From: Gammaproteobacteria bacterium
Lineage (GTDB): Bacteria > Pseudomonadota > Gammaproteobacteria > Eutrophobiales > Eutrophobiaceae
Length of the DNA: 64,000 nucleotides
Direction of reading: 5' to 3'
NCBI GenBank assembly: GCA_022826885.1
Contig: JAJDUB010000059.1
Coordinates: forward strand, 7,172 to 71,171
This document shows, in pieces, positions 44,731-53,549 of the stretch. Position 1 is the stretch's first letter. Every line of letters begins with the position of its first letter. Below the pieces are notes generated by a model. That model saw nothing but the letters and a program-made list of their open reading frames with translations, was not told where the DNA came from and did not search any database. Position numbers and translations under genes: made by a program.

Positions 44731-45933
44731 CTATTCGAATATTTCCGGGGCGGATGATTGCAGGCTTTCAATATACCACTTGTGGAAGTGCCAGAGCGTT
44801 GCTTCGCTATGTGAGGTCCTCCCCTGGACTGCAAAACCGGACCGTTTTCCTCTGTACATCTGCGTAATGCCCCAGAAATCCTCATCTATTACCAACTTGG
44901 CGCTCTGTTTGTAGGCTTCAAATTTTTCCGTGAAATCCGGTGCTTCTGCCGCTTCTTTGCTGACCCCAATTCCATAGCGTCCCGTTGTCCTGTTATGGGT
45001 CTGCGGGTTTATCTGCGTGATAAACAAAAGATCCGGATTGAAGTACCAGCTGAAATTGGGAAATACGATACCCCCCACCGCAGCATTCATATCGGACTCA
45101 TCGAGGTTGCCGGGCAGGGCAAAACCTCCTGTCAGGGAATAATCGTCGGGGTTCAGGATGTCCGAGTTGTCACCTGAGGGAAGACGAAACAGGCAATATG
45201 CAGGCATATTGGTGTTTTCAATTACTGTCTTGCCGGCCGGAACAGAATCGCCCAGTGATATTTCATGGACGGAATCCGTGTGGTAGTTTTCCGCAAATAT
45301 ATCTACTACACATTTCCAGTTCGCCTCAAGATCAAATTCCCCCATTTCGAAATAAACCATGTCATCCGTCTCATGACGCAGGAACTTCGGTTCCAGGTCA
45401 GCGAGTCGGGGGGCCAGCTCCGGTACGGGCCCGCGTTCCATGTTCACGAAGATAAAGCCTCGCCAGACTTCCAGGTGAAACTCATGAAGGCGCCAGTCCC
45501 CGGCTGAAAAATCTCTTGCATTTTCCATGAGCGGGGCGCCCCGAAGCGTGCCATCAAGATTGTATATCCAGTTATGGTAGCGACACCTGAGCAGATTGCA
45601 GTTGCCGCGATCATGGGCAACAGGAAAATTCCGGTGGACACACACATTGGATAACGCATGCAGTTTATCGGCCCTGTCCCGTATTACCAGTACCGGCTCC
45701 TCACAAAAATCAACGGTGAAGTAATCGCCGGGTTTGCCGACCTCGCTGATATGACCGACGGGAATCCAGGACGATTTCAGCAAATGTTCCTTTTCCAGTT
45801 CAAAAACAGCCGGATCGCTGTAGAAGCGCGGGGGGATGGTCGTCGCGGAGTTATATTCGAGCAGGCAACCTTCCACTTCCTCTGCCCGAAACCGATTCGA
45901 TACCTGCCTGGTGCTGACTGGGGTGGTAGACAT
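44731..45933 (-). CDS. Rieske oxygenase alpha subunit, choline monooxygenase/CntA/GbcA-like group
   Basis: NVCVHR...CRYHNW Rieske ligands, ANWKCVVDIFAENYHTDSVH, IDED. Confidence 0.88.
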   Translation of the reverse strand: MSTTPVSTRQVSNRFRAEEVEGCLLEYNSATTIPPRFYSDPAVFELEKEHLLKSSWIPVGHISEVGKPGDYFTVDFCEEPVLVIRDRADKLHALSNVCVHRNFPVAHDRGNCNLLRCRYHNWIYNLDGTLRGAPLMENARDFSAGDWRLHEFHLEVWRGFIFVNMERGPVPELAPRLADLEPKFLRHETDDMVYFEMGEFDLEANWKCVVDIFAENYHTDSVHEISLGDSVPAGKTVIENTNMPAYCLFRLPSGDNSDILNPDDYSLTGGFALPGNLDESDMNAAVGGIVFPNFSWYFNPDLLFITQINPQTHNRTTGRYGIGVSKEAAEAPDFTEKFEAYKQSAKLVIDEDFWGITQMYRGKRSGFAVQGRTSHSEATLWHFHKWYIESLQSSAPEIFE

Positions 45934-45985
45934 TGAAAACCTCTTTATATGGTCATATTACAGGGCGCCTCTGAAGTGTATCATT

Positions 45986-46513
45986 TCACCTGAATACCTC
46001 CATATACTCGATGATAAGTTCCCGTTGTTCCGCGTTGCTCAACCCGGCAAACGCCATGCGGTTGCCCGGCACCAGTTCGGTAGGTTTTTCCAGAAATTCG
46101 TTCATGTTCTCTGCAGTCCATATTTTGCCGTAATCCTGCATCGCCCTGGAATAGGCAAAACCTTCAATAGAACCCGCCGCCCTGCCAAATACCTCTGCAA
46201 GGGGAGGACCGACAACAGACGGTTGGCCCGGTTCCACGGAGTGGCAGACGCCGCAACGAAGCCTGAACAATTTTTCGCCTTCACTGTTGATTGCGCCCCT
46301 GGTTACTTTTGTGACGGCTGCATGCCTGTCCTCTTCGCCGCGCATGGAACTAGGCGTATCGCCGTTACAGCCGGATATGCAACAGGCTGCCAGGACCAGC
46401 ACGCTACATATTACGTTTTTTTTCTTTACCGGTTTTTCAATGATGTAAGAAACTGGTTTCAATATCTGTCCGGGTCTGTTCGTGAGTTTGTTGTTACACC
46501 GGTAGCGCGGCAC
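45986..46513 (-). CDS. Class I cytochrome c (c2-like), probably lipoprotein-anchored
   Basis: CGVCH heme motif, VGPPL..VFGR.AG...F.YS, PGNRMAFAG axial Met, N-terminal VLAACCISGC lipobox. True start uncertain and probably downstream of 46513. Confidence 0.88.
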   Translation of the reverse strand: MPRYRCNNKLTNRPGQILKPVSYIIEKPVKKKNVICSVLVLAACCISGCNGDTPSSMRGEEDRHAAVTKVTRGAINSEGEKLFRLRCGVCHSVEPGQPSVVGPPLAEVFGRAAGSIEGFAYSRAMQDYGKIWTAENMNEFLEKPTELVPGNRMAFAGLSNAEQRELIIEYMEVFR

Positions 46514-47660
46514 CCTTTTTCAGTGAACGGTCAATTGTAAGGAACAAATACCAGGAGAATGAATTGGCAATCAATACGATCCAGCCCATCGAAGCGGCGC
46601 CAAAGTTCTCGATAATATATCCGCCAAGATACGGACCGACCGCGCCGGTCAACAGGAAAGCTCCTGCAGTGATGGCTGCATCACGCCCCGATGGATCCTG
46701 GTCTGCTGCATAGCCAAGGAAATAGGGCACAAGGAAGTACATGCCCACTACGTTGAATGCCGCTCCCAGGCGAAATGCAAGCGGGTGGTGCCAATGGGAC
46801 ATCGTATTGATCGCGACAATCAGGATAAGGACGCCCAGGGTGAGCGGAAGCAGGCGTCCAAACCTGGCGCCGACCAGCGTTGCCGACAAAGCGCCGAATA
46901 CTGAAACCAGCGCCGCCATTCCAACCGCGTTGTGAATTTCTCCTTCACCCAGACCCGCCATGTCTCCCAGCAGGTAATAGAAAGACCACATGGCGCCGGC
47001 CCCGAGAGACACTATAAATACAGCAATAACCAGCGTTACGAGTTTCAGGGAGAAAATACCATGAGCGGGGAGCGCAGCGGGGGTTGAGCGGACTCGTCCC
47101 TGGTCAGCAGTGCCTGATAACAGGGGTATGAGCAGTGACAAAACGGCTATGCCGGCAAAAATCGTCGGAAAAACAATATATTCCAGGTTGAAATACCCGG
47201 CCGTTAGCGGCAGGGAAAAAACGGCCGCCGAACAAAACAGGATGGCAGCGATGTTTATTATGCCGTAAGCCCTGTCGGGTTCCCTGAAGTTTGCCAGTGA
47301 AGCGCTGGCGGCAGCAAGCATTGCCCCTTCGCCAAAACCGGTAAGCGGGCGTGAAATCAACAGTAAATCGTAATCCTGGATTGTCATCGACCAGGCTGCT
47401 CCGGAAAGTGTGACAACGGCGCCGATAGTTGCAATCCGGAGTAATGACAGTTTGTCGAGCAGTTTACCGAACAGGGCAGCGCTCAAAGCGATTGTGGTCA
47501 TCTCCACCGATGCGACAAGGCCTCCTGCGGCTTCTCCTACGTCATACCGAACCATTACCTCATGTATGAGCGAAGGTTGCAGCCACCAAGCGATATTGGC
47601 AATACAATAGGCTGCTGCGCTACCGACGAGGACTCTGCCCTGAAGTATGACTGGCGCCAT
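46494..47660 (-). CDS. MFS transporter
   Basis: About 12 TM helices, SRPLTGFGEG, VGARFGRLLP; start set at ATG 47660 because the longer ORF-track N-terminus overlaps the opposite gene. Confidence 0.82.
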   Translation of the reverse strand: MAPVILQGRVLVGSAAAYCIANIAWWLQPSLIHEVMVRYDVGEAAGGLVASVEMTTIALSAALFGKLLDKLSLLRIATIGAVVTLSGAAWSMTIQDYDLLLISRPLTGFGEGAMLAAASASLANFREPDRAYGIINIAAILFCSAAVFSLPLTAGYFNLEYIVFPTIFAGIAVLSLLIPLLSGTADQGRVRSTPAALPAHGIFSLKLVTLVIAVFIVSLGAGAMWSFYYLLGDMAGLGEGEIHNAVGMAALVSVFGALSATLVGARFGRLLPLTLGVLILIVAINTMSHWHHPLAFRLGAAFNVVGMYFLVPYFLGYAADQDPSGRDAAITAGAFLLTGAVGPYLGGYIIENFGAASMGWIVLIANSFSWYLFLTIDRSLKKGAALPV

Positions 47661-47871
47661 AAACTGCCTCTTGTCTCCGGTTAACGGCAAAATGACATCA
47701 TAGCCTATCCCACTGTTACATTCCTGTCTGTCACACTCGAATGTTACACGATCATTTGACTGGACAGAGGGCTCCAGGCTATGTGCTATGATGCTGAAGA
47801 TTGCGAAAGTACCACCATCTGCCGGCGCCGCGACCCAGCGTCCGGGCGCCGGATATTCAGGAGGGCGAATC

Positions 47872-49329
47872 ATGGCTAAATCAGAAACAGAGTCCGGAAC
47901 ACATAGTGGCCGGGAAGGGGTAAGCCGCAGAAGCGTGTTAGGTGGTATGGCGGCCATAGGAGGTGCCGTTGCCACGGGGTCCGCGCTGCAGGGGTGCACA
48001 GACGGCGGGGATGCGGAAGCACCGGATGTCATTGTGATCGGTGCAGGATTTGCCGGTTGTGTGAGCGCTCGGGACCTGGCTCACCGGGGTTACAAGGTCA
48101 CATTGCTGGAGGCGCAGGGGCGGCTTGGCGGTCGGGCCTTTACCTCGGAATTCGCCGGAAAGGTTTACGAGGCCGGCGCGCTGATGCTGTCCTGGAAGGA
48201 ACCGTTCATGTGGACAGAGGTGATGCGCTACGGACTCGAAATAGAACCCATAGTCGGTGTCCTCGCTCCGGAAGTGTGTTACTGGATCACTGACGGCAAG
48301 GCGATGAGCGCGCCGGCCGAGGAATTCTACGAGATATTCGTACCGCCAATATTTAAGTTCTTCGAGGATGTCGGGACGGTATTTCCGTATCCTTATGCTC
48401 CTTTGACAAACAGGGAAGCCGTGGAGAAACTCGACAGGCTTTCTGTCATGGACCGGGTCAAGACGTTGCCTACCCAGCAGGAGCGTGATTTCGCAGACAA
48501 CTGGGCATCAGCTCCATTGGGCCGTGCCGGGACCGATGTCGGGCTTGCCTCATCGATGGCGCTGACCAGCGCTTTCGGCGGTGTCCAGGCATCATTGGAA
48601 GGGGCCAGTTATCGCTTGAAGAAGGGAACGAGTAACCTGGTAGAGAAGATCGTTGAAGATGGAGGATTTGAGTACCGTCTGCAGTCTCCCGTTTCCTCCA
48701 TTGATCAATCCGGTACGGGAGTCACAGTTACCATTGAAAGCGGCGAGACTTTCACCGCCTCTGCCGTCGTATTGGCGACACCGGTCAATACCTATGAAAA
48801 TATCGATTTTACGCCACCACTGAGCCCGGAAAAACTGACCGTGTCAAAGGGGAAGATGGCAGGCGGGAAAGGCGCACATATCAACGCGAGATTGAAAGGT
48901 AAAATGCCGCCTCTACTGGCTGTGGCTCCCAGTCACATGCCGCTGCACCTGCTGCTGACGACAGACATCCTGGAAGACAGCGTGATAGTCGATGGCTACG
49001 GGCCGGATGCGAGCCTGTTTGACGGGGGAGACCCGGAGGCGGTTCAGGCGGTCATTCGCCAGTGGATACCGGATGTTGAGGTCATGGAAACCGTTTCATA
49101 CAGGTGGGATCTGGATCCTTTTTCACAAGGCACCTGGTGTGGTTTTGGCCCGGGTGTTCTGAGCAAATATTATGAAGCCCTTCGTGAACCGGAAGGCAAC
49201 GTATATTTTGCAAGCGGTGACAGCGCAACAGCTTTCAGAGGTTTTATGGAGGGAGCGATAGAGTCGGGCGTACGGGTTGCCCGGGATGTCCACAATGCGC
49301 TGAACTCCCGCAAGCAGGACCTCGGATAA
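47872..49329 (+). CDS. Flavin amine oxidoreductase (MAO family; NicA2/Pnao/6-HLNO-like) with Tat signal and lipobox
   Basis: SRRSVLGG twin-arginine motif then ALQGC; DVIVIGAGFAG, EAQGRLGGR, WDLDPFSQGTW, GFMEGAIESGVRVA; GGAGG RBS. Confidence 0.88.
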   Translation: MAKSETESGTHSGREGVSRRSVLGGMAAIGGAVATGSALQGCTDGGDAEAPDVIVIGAGFAGCVSARDLAHRGYKVTLLEAQGRLGGRAFTSEFAGKVYEAGALMLSWKEPFMWTEVMRYGLEIEPIVGVLAPEVCYWITDGKAMSAPAEEFYEIFVPPIFKFFEDVGTVFPYPYAPLTNREAVEKLDRLSVMDRVKTLPTQQERDFADNWASAPLGRAGTDVGLASSMALTSAFGGVQASLEGASYRLKKGTSNLVEKIVEDGGFEYRLQSPVSSIDQSGTGVTVTIESGETFTASAVVLATPVNTYENIDFTPPLSPEKLTVSKGKMAGGKGAHINARLKGKMPPLLAVAPSHMPLHLLLTTDILEDSVIVDGYGPDASLFDGGDPEAVQAVIRQWIPDVEVMETVSYRWDLDPFSQGTWCGFGPGVLSKYYEALREPEGNVYFASGDSATAFRGFMEGAIESGVRVARDVHNALNSRKQDLG

Positions 49330-49361
49330 AACAGATAATTGCGGATAACGGAGAACGTTCC

Positions 49362-50579
49362 ATGAGTCAAATTGATCCGGGTTCGCTGCATTTAATCCCG
49401 GAAACAGGGCCGTCAAAAAACGGGGATCAACAACAGGATGTTTCTAGCGGCAAGAATTTCCGTTTTTTCGACAACAGGCAAAAATACCTGCTCTTTGTAA
49501 ACACCTGCAGCGAGAAGGAGATCATTGCGAAACGGGTGGGCATGGAACTGGCGAATATCCGGCCGACTCCTCCCGCGCTACGCATCTTTGATGCTGGAAT
49601 GGGGGACGGTTCGGTTCTCACCCGGGTCATGCGCGAGACACACCGCCGTTTCCCGACCATTCCGCTCTACATAGCATCGAAGGAAATCAGCCTCGAGGAC
49701 GTCAGGCTGTCCCTGTCAAAGATGTCCGACCGTTTTTTTGAGCATCCCTCAACGGTCCTGGTGCTCACCAATATGTATTATTCAGAGGCGCCATGGATGT
49801 CCCCGAAGAAGGTTGAAGCCGCCCAATCCATGGTATGGAAGGAGGTCGCGCTTGCAGGGACGTCCGCACACGAGTTCGACGAGCAACTGGATGATCTGGA
49901 CGGTTTTCTCGCCCATAACTGGCAGGCTTCGCACAGCCCGGTAACGGGTAACCCTGTCTATGAGCGCCCTGTGGTGCTGGTGATATACAGGGAAGACTAC
50001 CGGTTTCTCCTGGACGATGTCATTCCCCGGCAAGGTAAGGTCAGGGCCGAATATGACCTGGTGATTGCATCACAACCCTATCGGTTAAGAGTTTCAGATG
50101 AATTCAAGGCCGGTAAAGTATTGAGCCCCCTGGTCCAGGCACTGGGGCGGGGCGGCCGGCTGCTTGGCATTCATTCCTGCGGCAATGATCCGGGCCTGGA
50201 AATCATCAGGGAAGTGTGGCCCGACGAAGATCCCTACAAGAGCAACAGGCATCAATTACTGCGTGCGTTGAAACTCGAGTTGGGTAAAGAAGCGAAGAAA
50301 TACAATTTCAATGCATATTCGGACGCACGCTCAATTTTCAGGTATGACATGCATACATTGCCTACGGAGATATCGGCCAGTATCGGGACTTCCACCTTGT
50401 TTGCGGCCTGGAACTCGGCCGTGTATGTCGCCCAGATAGAAGACGAACGGTTGACTGAGGCAATCACAGACAACAGGTATCTTCTTGCGACCGACAAGAT
50501 ATTAAAGAAACACGGCGGCCTCTGGTTTTATGACGAATCTTTTGCGGTGTCGCGTAAAAAAGAACTCAGCAAGCTCTGA
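49362..50579 (+). CDS. Hypothetical protein with class I SAM-methyltransferase-like motif
   Basis: RIFDAGMGDG glycine-rich motif I, KEISLED, YDLVIASQPY; co-oriented with mgsABC-gmaS, 30-nt gap. Confidence 0.6.
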   Translation: MSQIDPGSLHLIPETGPSKNGDQQQDVSSGKNFRFFDNRQKYLLFVNTCSEKEIIAKRVGMELANIRPTPPALRIFDAGMGDGSVLTRVMRETHRRFPTIPLYIASKEISLEDVRLSLSKMSDRFFEHPSTVLVLTNMYYSEAPWMSPKKVEAAQSMVWKEVALAGTSAHEFDEQLDDLDGFLAHNWQASHSPVTGNPVYERPVVLVIYREDYRFLLDDVIPRQGKVRAEYDLVIASQPYRLRVSDEFKAGKVLSPLVQALGRGGRLLGIHSCGNDPGLEIIREVWPDEDPYKSNRHQLLRALKLELGKEAKKYNFNAYSDARSIFRYDMHTLPTEISASIGTSTLFAAWNSAVYVAQIEDERLTEAITDNRYLLATDKILKKHGGLWFYDESFAVSRKKELSKL

Positions 50580-50609
50580 ATTAAAAGGTCCCTTAGTCTC
50601 TTATAAATT

Positions 50610-51506
50610 ATGTGCGGAATAGTCGGATTATTCAGTAAATCACCGGTCATCGAAGAACGTCTGGGCGAGTTGCTGGCGCGCATGCTCATCGAGATGACGG
50701 AACGGGGTCCGGACAGCACCGGTGTCGCCGTTTATCGTGATCGTGCGCCCGGAGCAATGACCAAGATAACCTTGCTCAGCAGGGAGGGTGAGTTCGACTG
50801 GCAGGCGATGAATGATGAGATTTCCCGGGTTTTCCCGGGCTCCGGCAGCTTGAGGCCCACGGAAAACCATGCCGTTGCGACCATTGACGCACCGGCGAGC
50901 CGGTTTCGGGAATGGGTTGCCCGGGAACACCCGGATCTGTATATCAACAGCACCGGCGCCCGTATGGAGATCTACAAGGAAAAAGGCCTGCCGTCTGATG
51001 TAGTAGACCGCTTCGGGGTCTCCGGCATGCAGGGCACCCACGCCCTGGGGCATACGCGCATGGCGACGGAGAGCAGGGTTACCACTGAACATTCACATCC
51101 TTTTTCCACGGGCGAGGATTTATGCCTGGTCCATAACGGTTCTCTCTCCAACCATAATCGACTACGTGAGTTTCTGAAAAAGAAAGGCATAGATTTCCAT
51201 ACGGATAACGATAGTGAAGTGGCGGCGGGCTACCTGACCTGGCAATTACGGGAGGGCATGTCATTGGATGAAGCCCTGCAAGCGGCATTGTTGGACCTGG
51301 ACGGTTTTTATACGTTTGCCATAGGCACCAGGGACGGGTTTGCCGTACTGCGCGACCCTATTGCCTGCAAACCCGCGGTGATGGCGGAAACCGGCGACTG
51401 GGTGGCGATGGCGTCCGAATACCGGGCCATAGCCGTATTGCCGGGCGCCGACCAGGCCGAATGCTGGGAACCGGAACCGGCGACGGTCTACAGTTGGAGC
51501 CACTGA
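50610..51506 (+). CDS. mgsA: N-methylglutamate synthase subunit A (class II glutamine amidotransferase)
   Basis: MCGIVG N-terminal Cys, RGPDSTG, HTRMATES, VHNGSLSN, NDSEVAA; followed by GXGXG, FMN and GlnT genes. Confidence 0.85.
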   Translation: MCGIVGLFSKSPVIEERLGELLARMLIEMTERGPDSTGVAVYRDRAPGAMTKITLLSREGEFDWQAMNDEISRVFPGSGSLRPTENHAVATIDAPASRFREWVAREHPDLYINSTGARMEIYKEKGLPSDVVDRFGVSGMQGTHALGHTRMATESRVTTEHSHPFSTGEDLCLVHNGSLSNHNRLREFLKKKGIDFHTDNDSEVAAGYLTWQLREGMSLDEALQAALLDLDGFYTFAIGTRDGFAVLRDPIACKPAVMAETGDWVAMASEYRAIAVLPGADQAECWEPEPATVYSWSH

Positions 51507-51511
51507 AACAG

Positions 51512-52198
51512 ATGCGCGTGTTTAACCTGGACGAGGTCAGTTTAAGGGAACTGAACCAGGCATTACACGATTGTAACGGCAGTGATGAGGCTTCCGCCTG
51601 GACGGTGACGAACACAAAGGGAAAACATGCCGTCGCCGCGGGTATTGACGCTCCACTTGAAGTCACAGTTAACGGCCACGTAGGATATTATTGCGCCGGC
51701 ATGAACAAACAGGGGCAGGTCACGATCCGGGGTAATACAGGTCCCGGGGTCGCGGAGAACATGATGTCGGGACTGGTGCGGGTGACGGGCAATGCTTCAC
51801 AGTATGCCGGCGCCAGCGCCCACGGCGGACTGCTGGTTATCGAGGGCGATGCCGGTTCCCGCTGCGGCATCTCCATGAAGGGCGTGGATATTGTCGTCAG
51901 GGGTTCCATCGGGCACATGGGCGCATTCATGGCGCAGAAAGGACGCCTGGTGATCTGTGGTGATGCCGGAACGGCCCTGGGCGATTCGCTGTATGAGGCG
52001 CGTATCTACGTAAAGGGAAAAGTTGCCGGCCTTGGTGCGGACTGTGTGGAGAAACCGATGGCGGAAGAGCACGAACGGGAGCTTGAACAGTTGCTGGAAC
52101 AAGCCGGCATCAACGGCGTGGATGCAGCCGGTTTCCGGCGTTACGGTTCCGCCCGCAAGCTGTATCATTTCAACGTGGATAACGTGGATGCGTATTGA
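51512..52198 (+). CDS. mgsB: N-methylglutamate synthase subunit B (GXGXG/GlxC)
   Basis: Repeated GxxG beta-helix motifs (GHVGYYCAGMN, GNTGPGVAENMMSG, GSIGHMGAFMAQKG). Confidence 0.87.
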   Translation: MRVFNLDEVSLRELNQALHDCNGSDEASAWTVTNTKGKHAVAAGIDAPLEVTVNGHVGYYCAGMNKQGQVTIRGNTGPGVAENMMSGLVRVTGNASQYAGASAHGGLLVIEGDAGSRCGISMKGVDIVVRGSIGHMGAFMAQKGRLVICGDAGTALGDSLYEARIYVKGKVAGLGADCVEKPMAEEHERELEQLLEQAGINGVDAAGFRRYGSARKLYHFNVDNVDAY

Positions 52199-53532
52199 TG
52201 CCTGAAAAAGATATCACGGAATGGTTGCGCGAATCAGCCACGTTCCCGCGTTCGGTCATTGCCGATATCCAGCGCGCCGCGCGCACCGGCATATACGATA
52301 TTCGCGGTTTCGGCGCAAAACGCGCACTGCCGACGTTCGACGACCTGGTGTTTCTCGGCGCCAGCATGACGCGTTATCCCCTGGAAGGCTACCGTGAACG
52401 TTGCGACACCAACGTGACTCTGGGCACGCGTTATGCGAAGAAGCCGCTGGAGTTAAAAATACCCGTCACGATTGCCGGCATGAGTTTCGGCGCATTGTCG
52501 GCGCCGGCAAAGGAAGCATTGGGCCGTGGCGCAACCGAAGTGGGCACCAGCACTACTACCGGAGATGGCGGCATGACCCAGGAAGAGCGGGAGCATTCCG
52601 AACTGCTGGTTTACCAGTTGCTGCCATCCCGCTATGGGATGAACCCGGATGACCTGCGCCGGGCAGATGCCATTGAAGTGGTGGTGGGCCAGGGCGCTAA
52701 ACCGGGGGGAGGCGGCATGCTGCTGGGCCAGAAGATCAGCGCCCGGGTTGCGGAGATGCGCGACCTGCCGGAAGGGATCGACCAGCGCAGCGCCAGCCGC
52801 CATCCCGACTGGACCGGGCCTGACGATCTGGCGATCAAGATCCGGGAACTGCGGGAGATTACCGATTGGGAAAAACCCGTCTACATCAAGATAGGGGCTT
52901 CCCGGACTTATTTCGATACCATGCTGGCGGTCAAGGCCGGGGCGGACGTCATCGTCGTTGACGGAATGCAGGGCGGCACCGCAGCAACCCAGGAGGTCTT
53001 TATCGAACACGTCGGCATCCCCACCCTGCCGGCGGTAAGACTGGCCGTGGAAGCCCTGAAAGAAATGGACATGCACCGCAAAGTCCAGTTGATCGTATCC
53101 GGTGGGATACGCAGCGGCGCCGACGTGGCCAAGGCGCTGGCGCTGGGCGCCGATGCGGTTTCCATCGGCGTGGCAGCCCTGATTGCCCTGGGCGACAACA
53201 GCCCGGAATTTGAAGAGGAATACCGCAGGCTGGGCACGTCGGCCGGCTTTTATGATGACTACCAGGATGGTCGCGACCCGACAGGAATTTCCACCCAGAG
53301 CGATGAACTCGCGGCCCGGTTTGACCCGGTCAAGGGAGGCAGGCGTCTCGCCAATTATCTCCGGGTATTGACGCTGGAGACCCAGACCCTGGCGCGCGCC
53401 TGCGGCAAGAACCACGTGCACAACATGGAACCGGAGGACCTGGCGGCGTTGACTATTGAGGCGGCCGCCATGGCCAGGGTGCCGCTTGCCGGCACTGACT
53501 GGGTTCCTGGTGAAGACAGACCAAAAAAGTAA
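52198..53532 (+). CDS. mgsC: N-methylglutamate synthase subunit C (FMN-binding glutamate synthase domain)
   Basis: AGMSFGALS, TTGDGGM, GQGAKPGGGG, SRHPDWTGPDDL, DGMQGGT, SGGIRSGAD; TGATG coupling to mgsB. Confidence 0.88.
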   Translation: MPEKDITEWLRESATFPRSVIADIQRAARTGIYDIRGFGAKRALPTFDDLVFLGASMTRYPLEGYRERCDTNVTLGTRYAKKPLELKIPVTIAGMSFGALSAPAKEALGRGATEVGTSTTTGDGGMTQEEREHSELLVYQLLPSRYGMNPDDLRRADAIEVVVGQGAKPGGGGMLLGQKISARVAEMRDLPEGIDQRSASRHPDWTGPDDLAIKIRELREITDWEKPVYIKIGASRTYFDTMLAVKAGADVIVVDGMQGGTAATQEVFIEHVGIPTLPAVRLAVEALKEMDMHRKVQLIVSGGIRSGADVAKALALGADAVSIGVAALIALGDNSPEFEEEYRRLGTSAGFYDDYQDGRDPTGISTQSDELAARFDPVKGGRRLANYLRVLTLETQTLARACGKNHVHNMEPEDLAALTIEAAAMARVPLAGTDWVPGEDRPKK

Positions 53533-53549
53533 ATGAGGAGAAAACCGTC

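Noticed and set aside
47661-48032. N-terminal extension of the MFS ORF, and the 47788-47871 extension of the amine oxidoreductase
   Set aside because: The two extensions would overlap head to head; better starts exist at 47660 and 47872 (RBS, Tat signal position).
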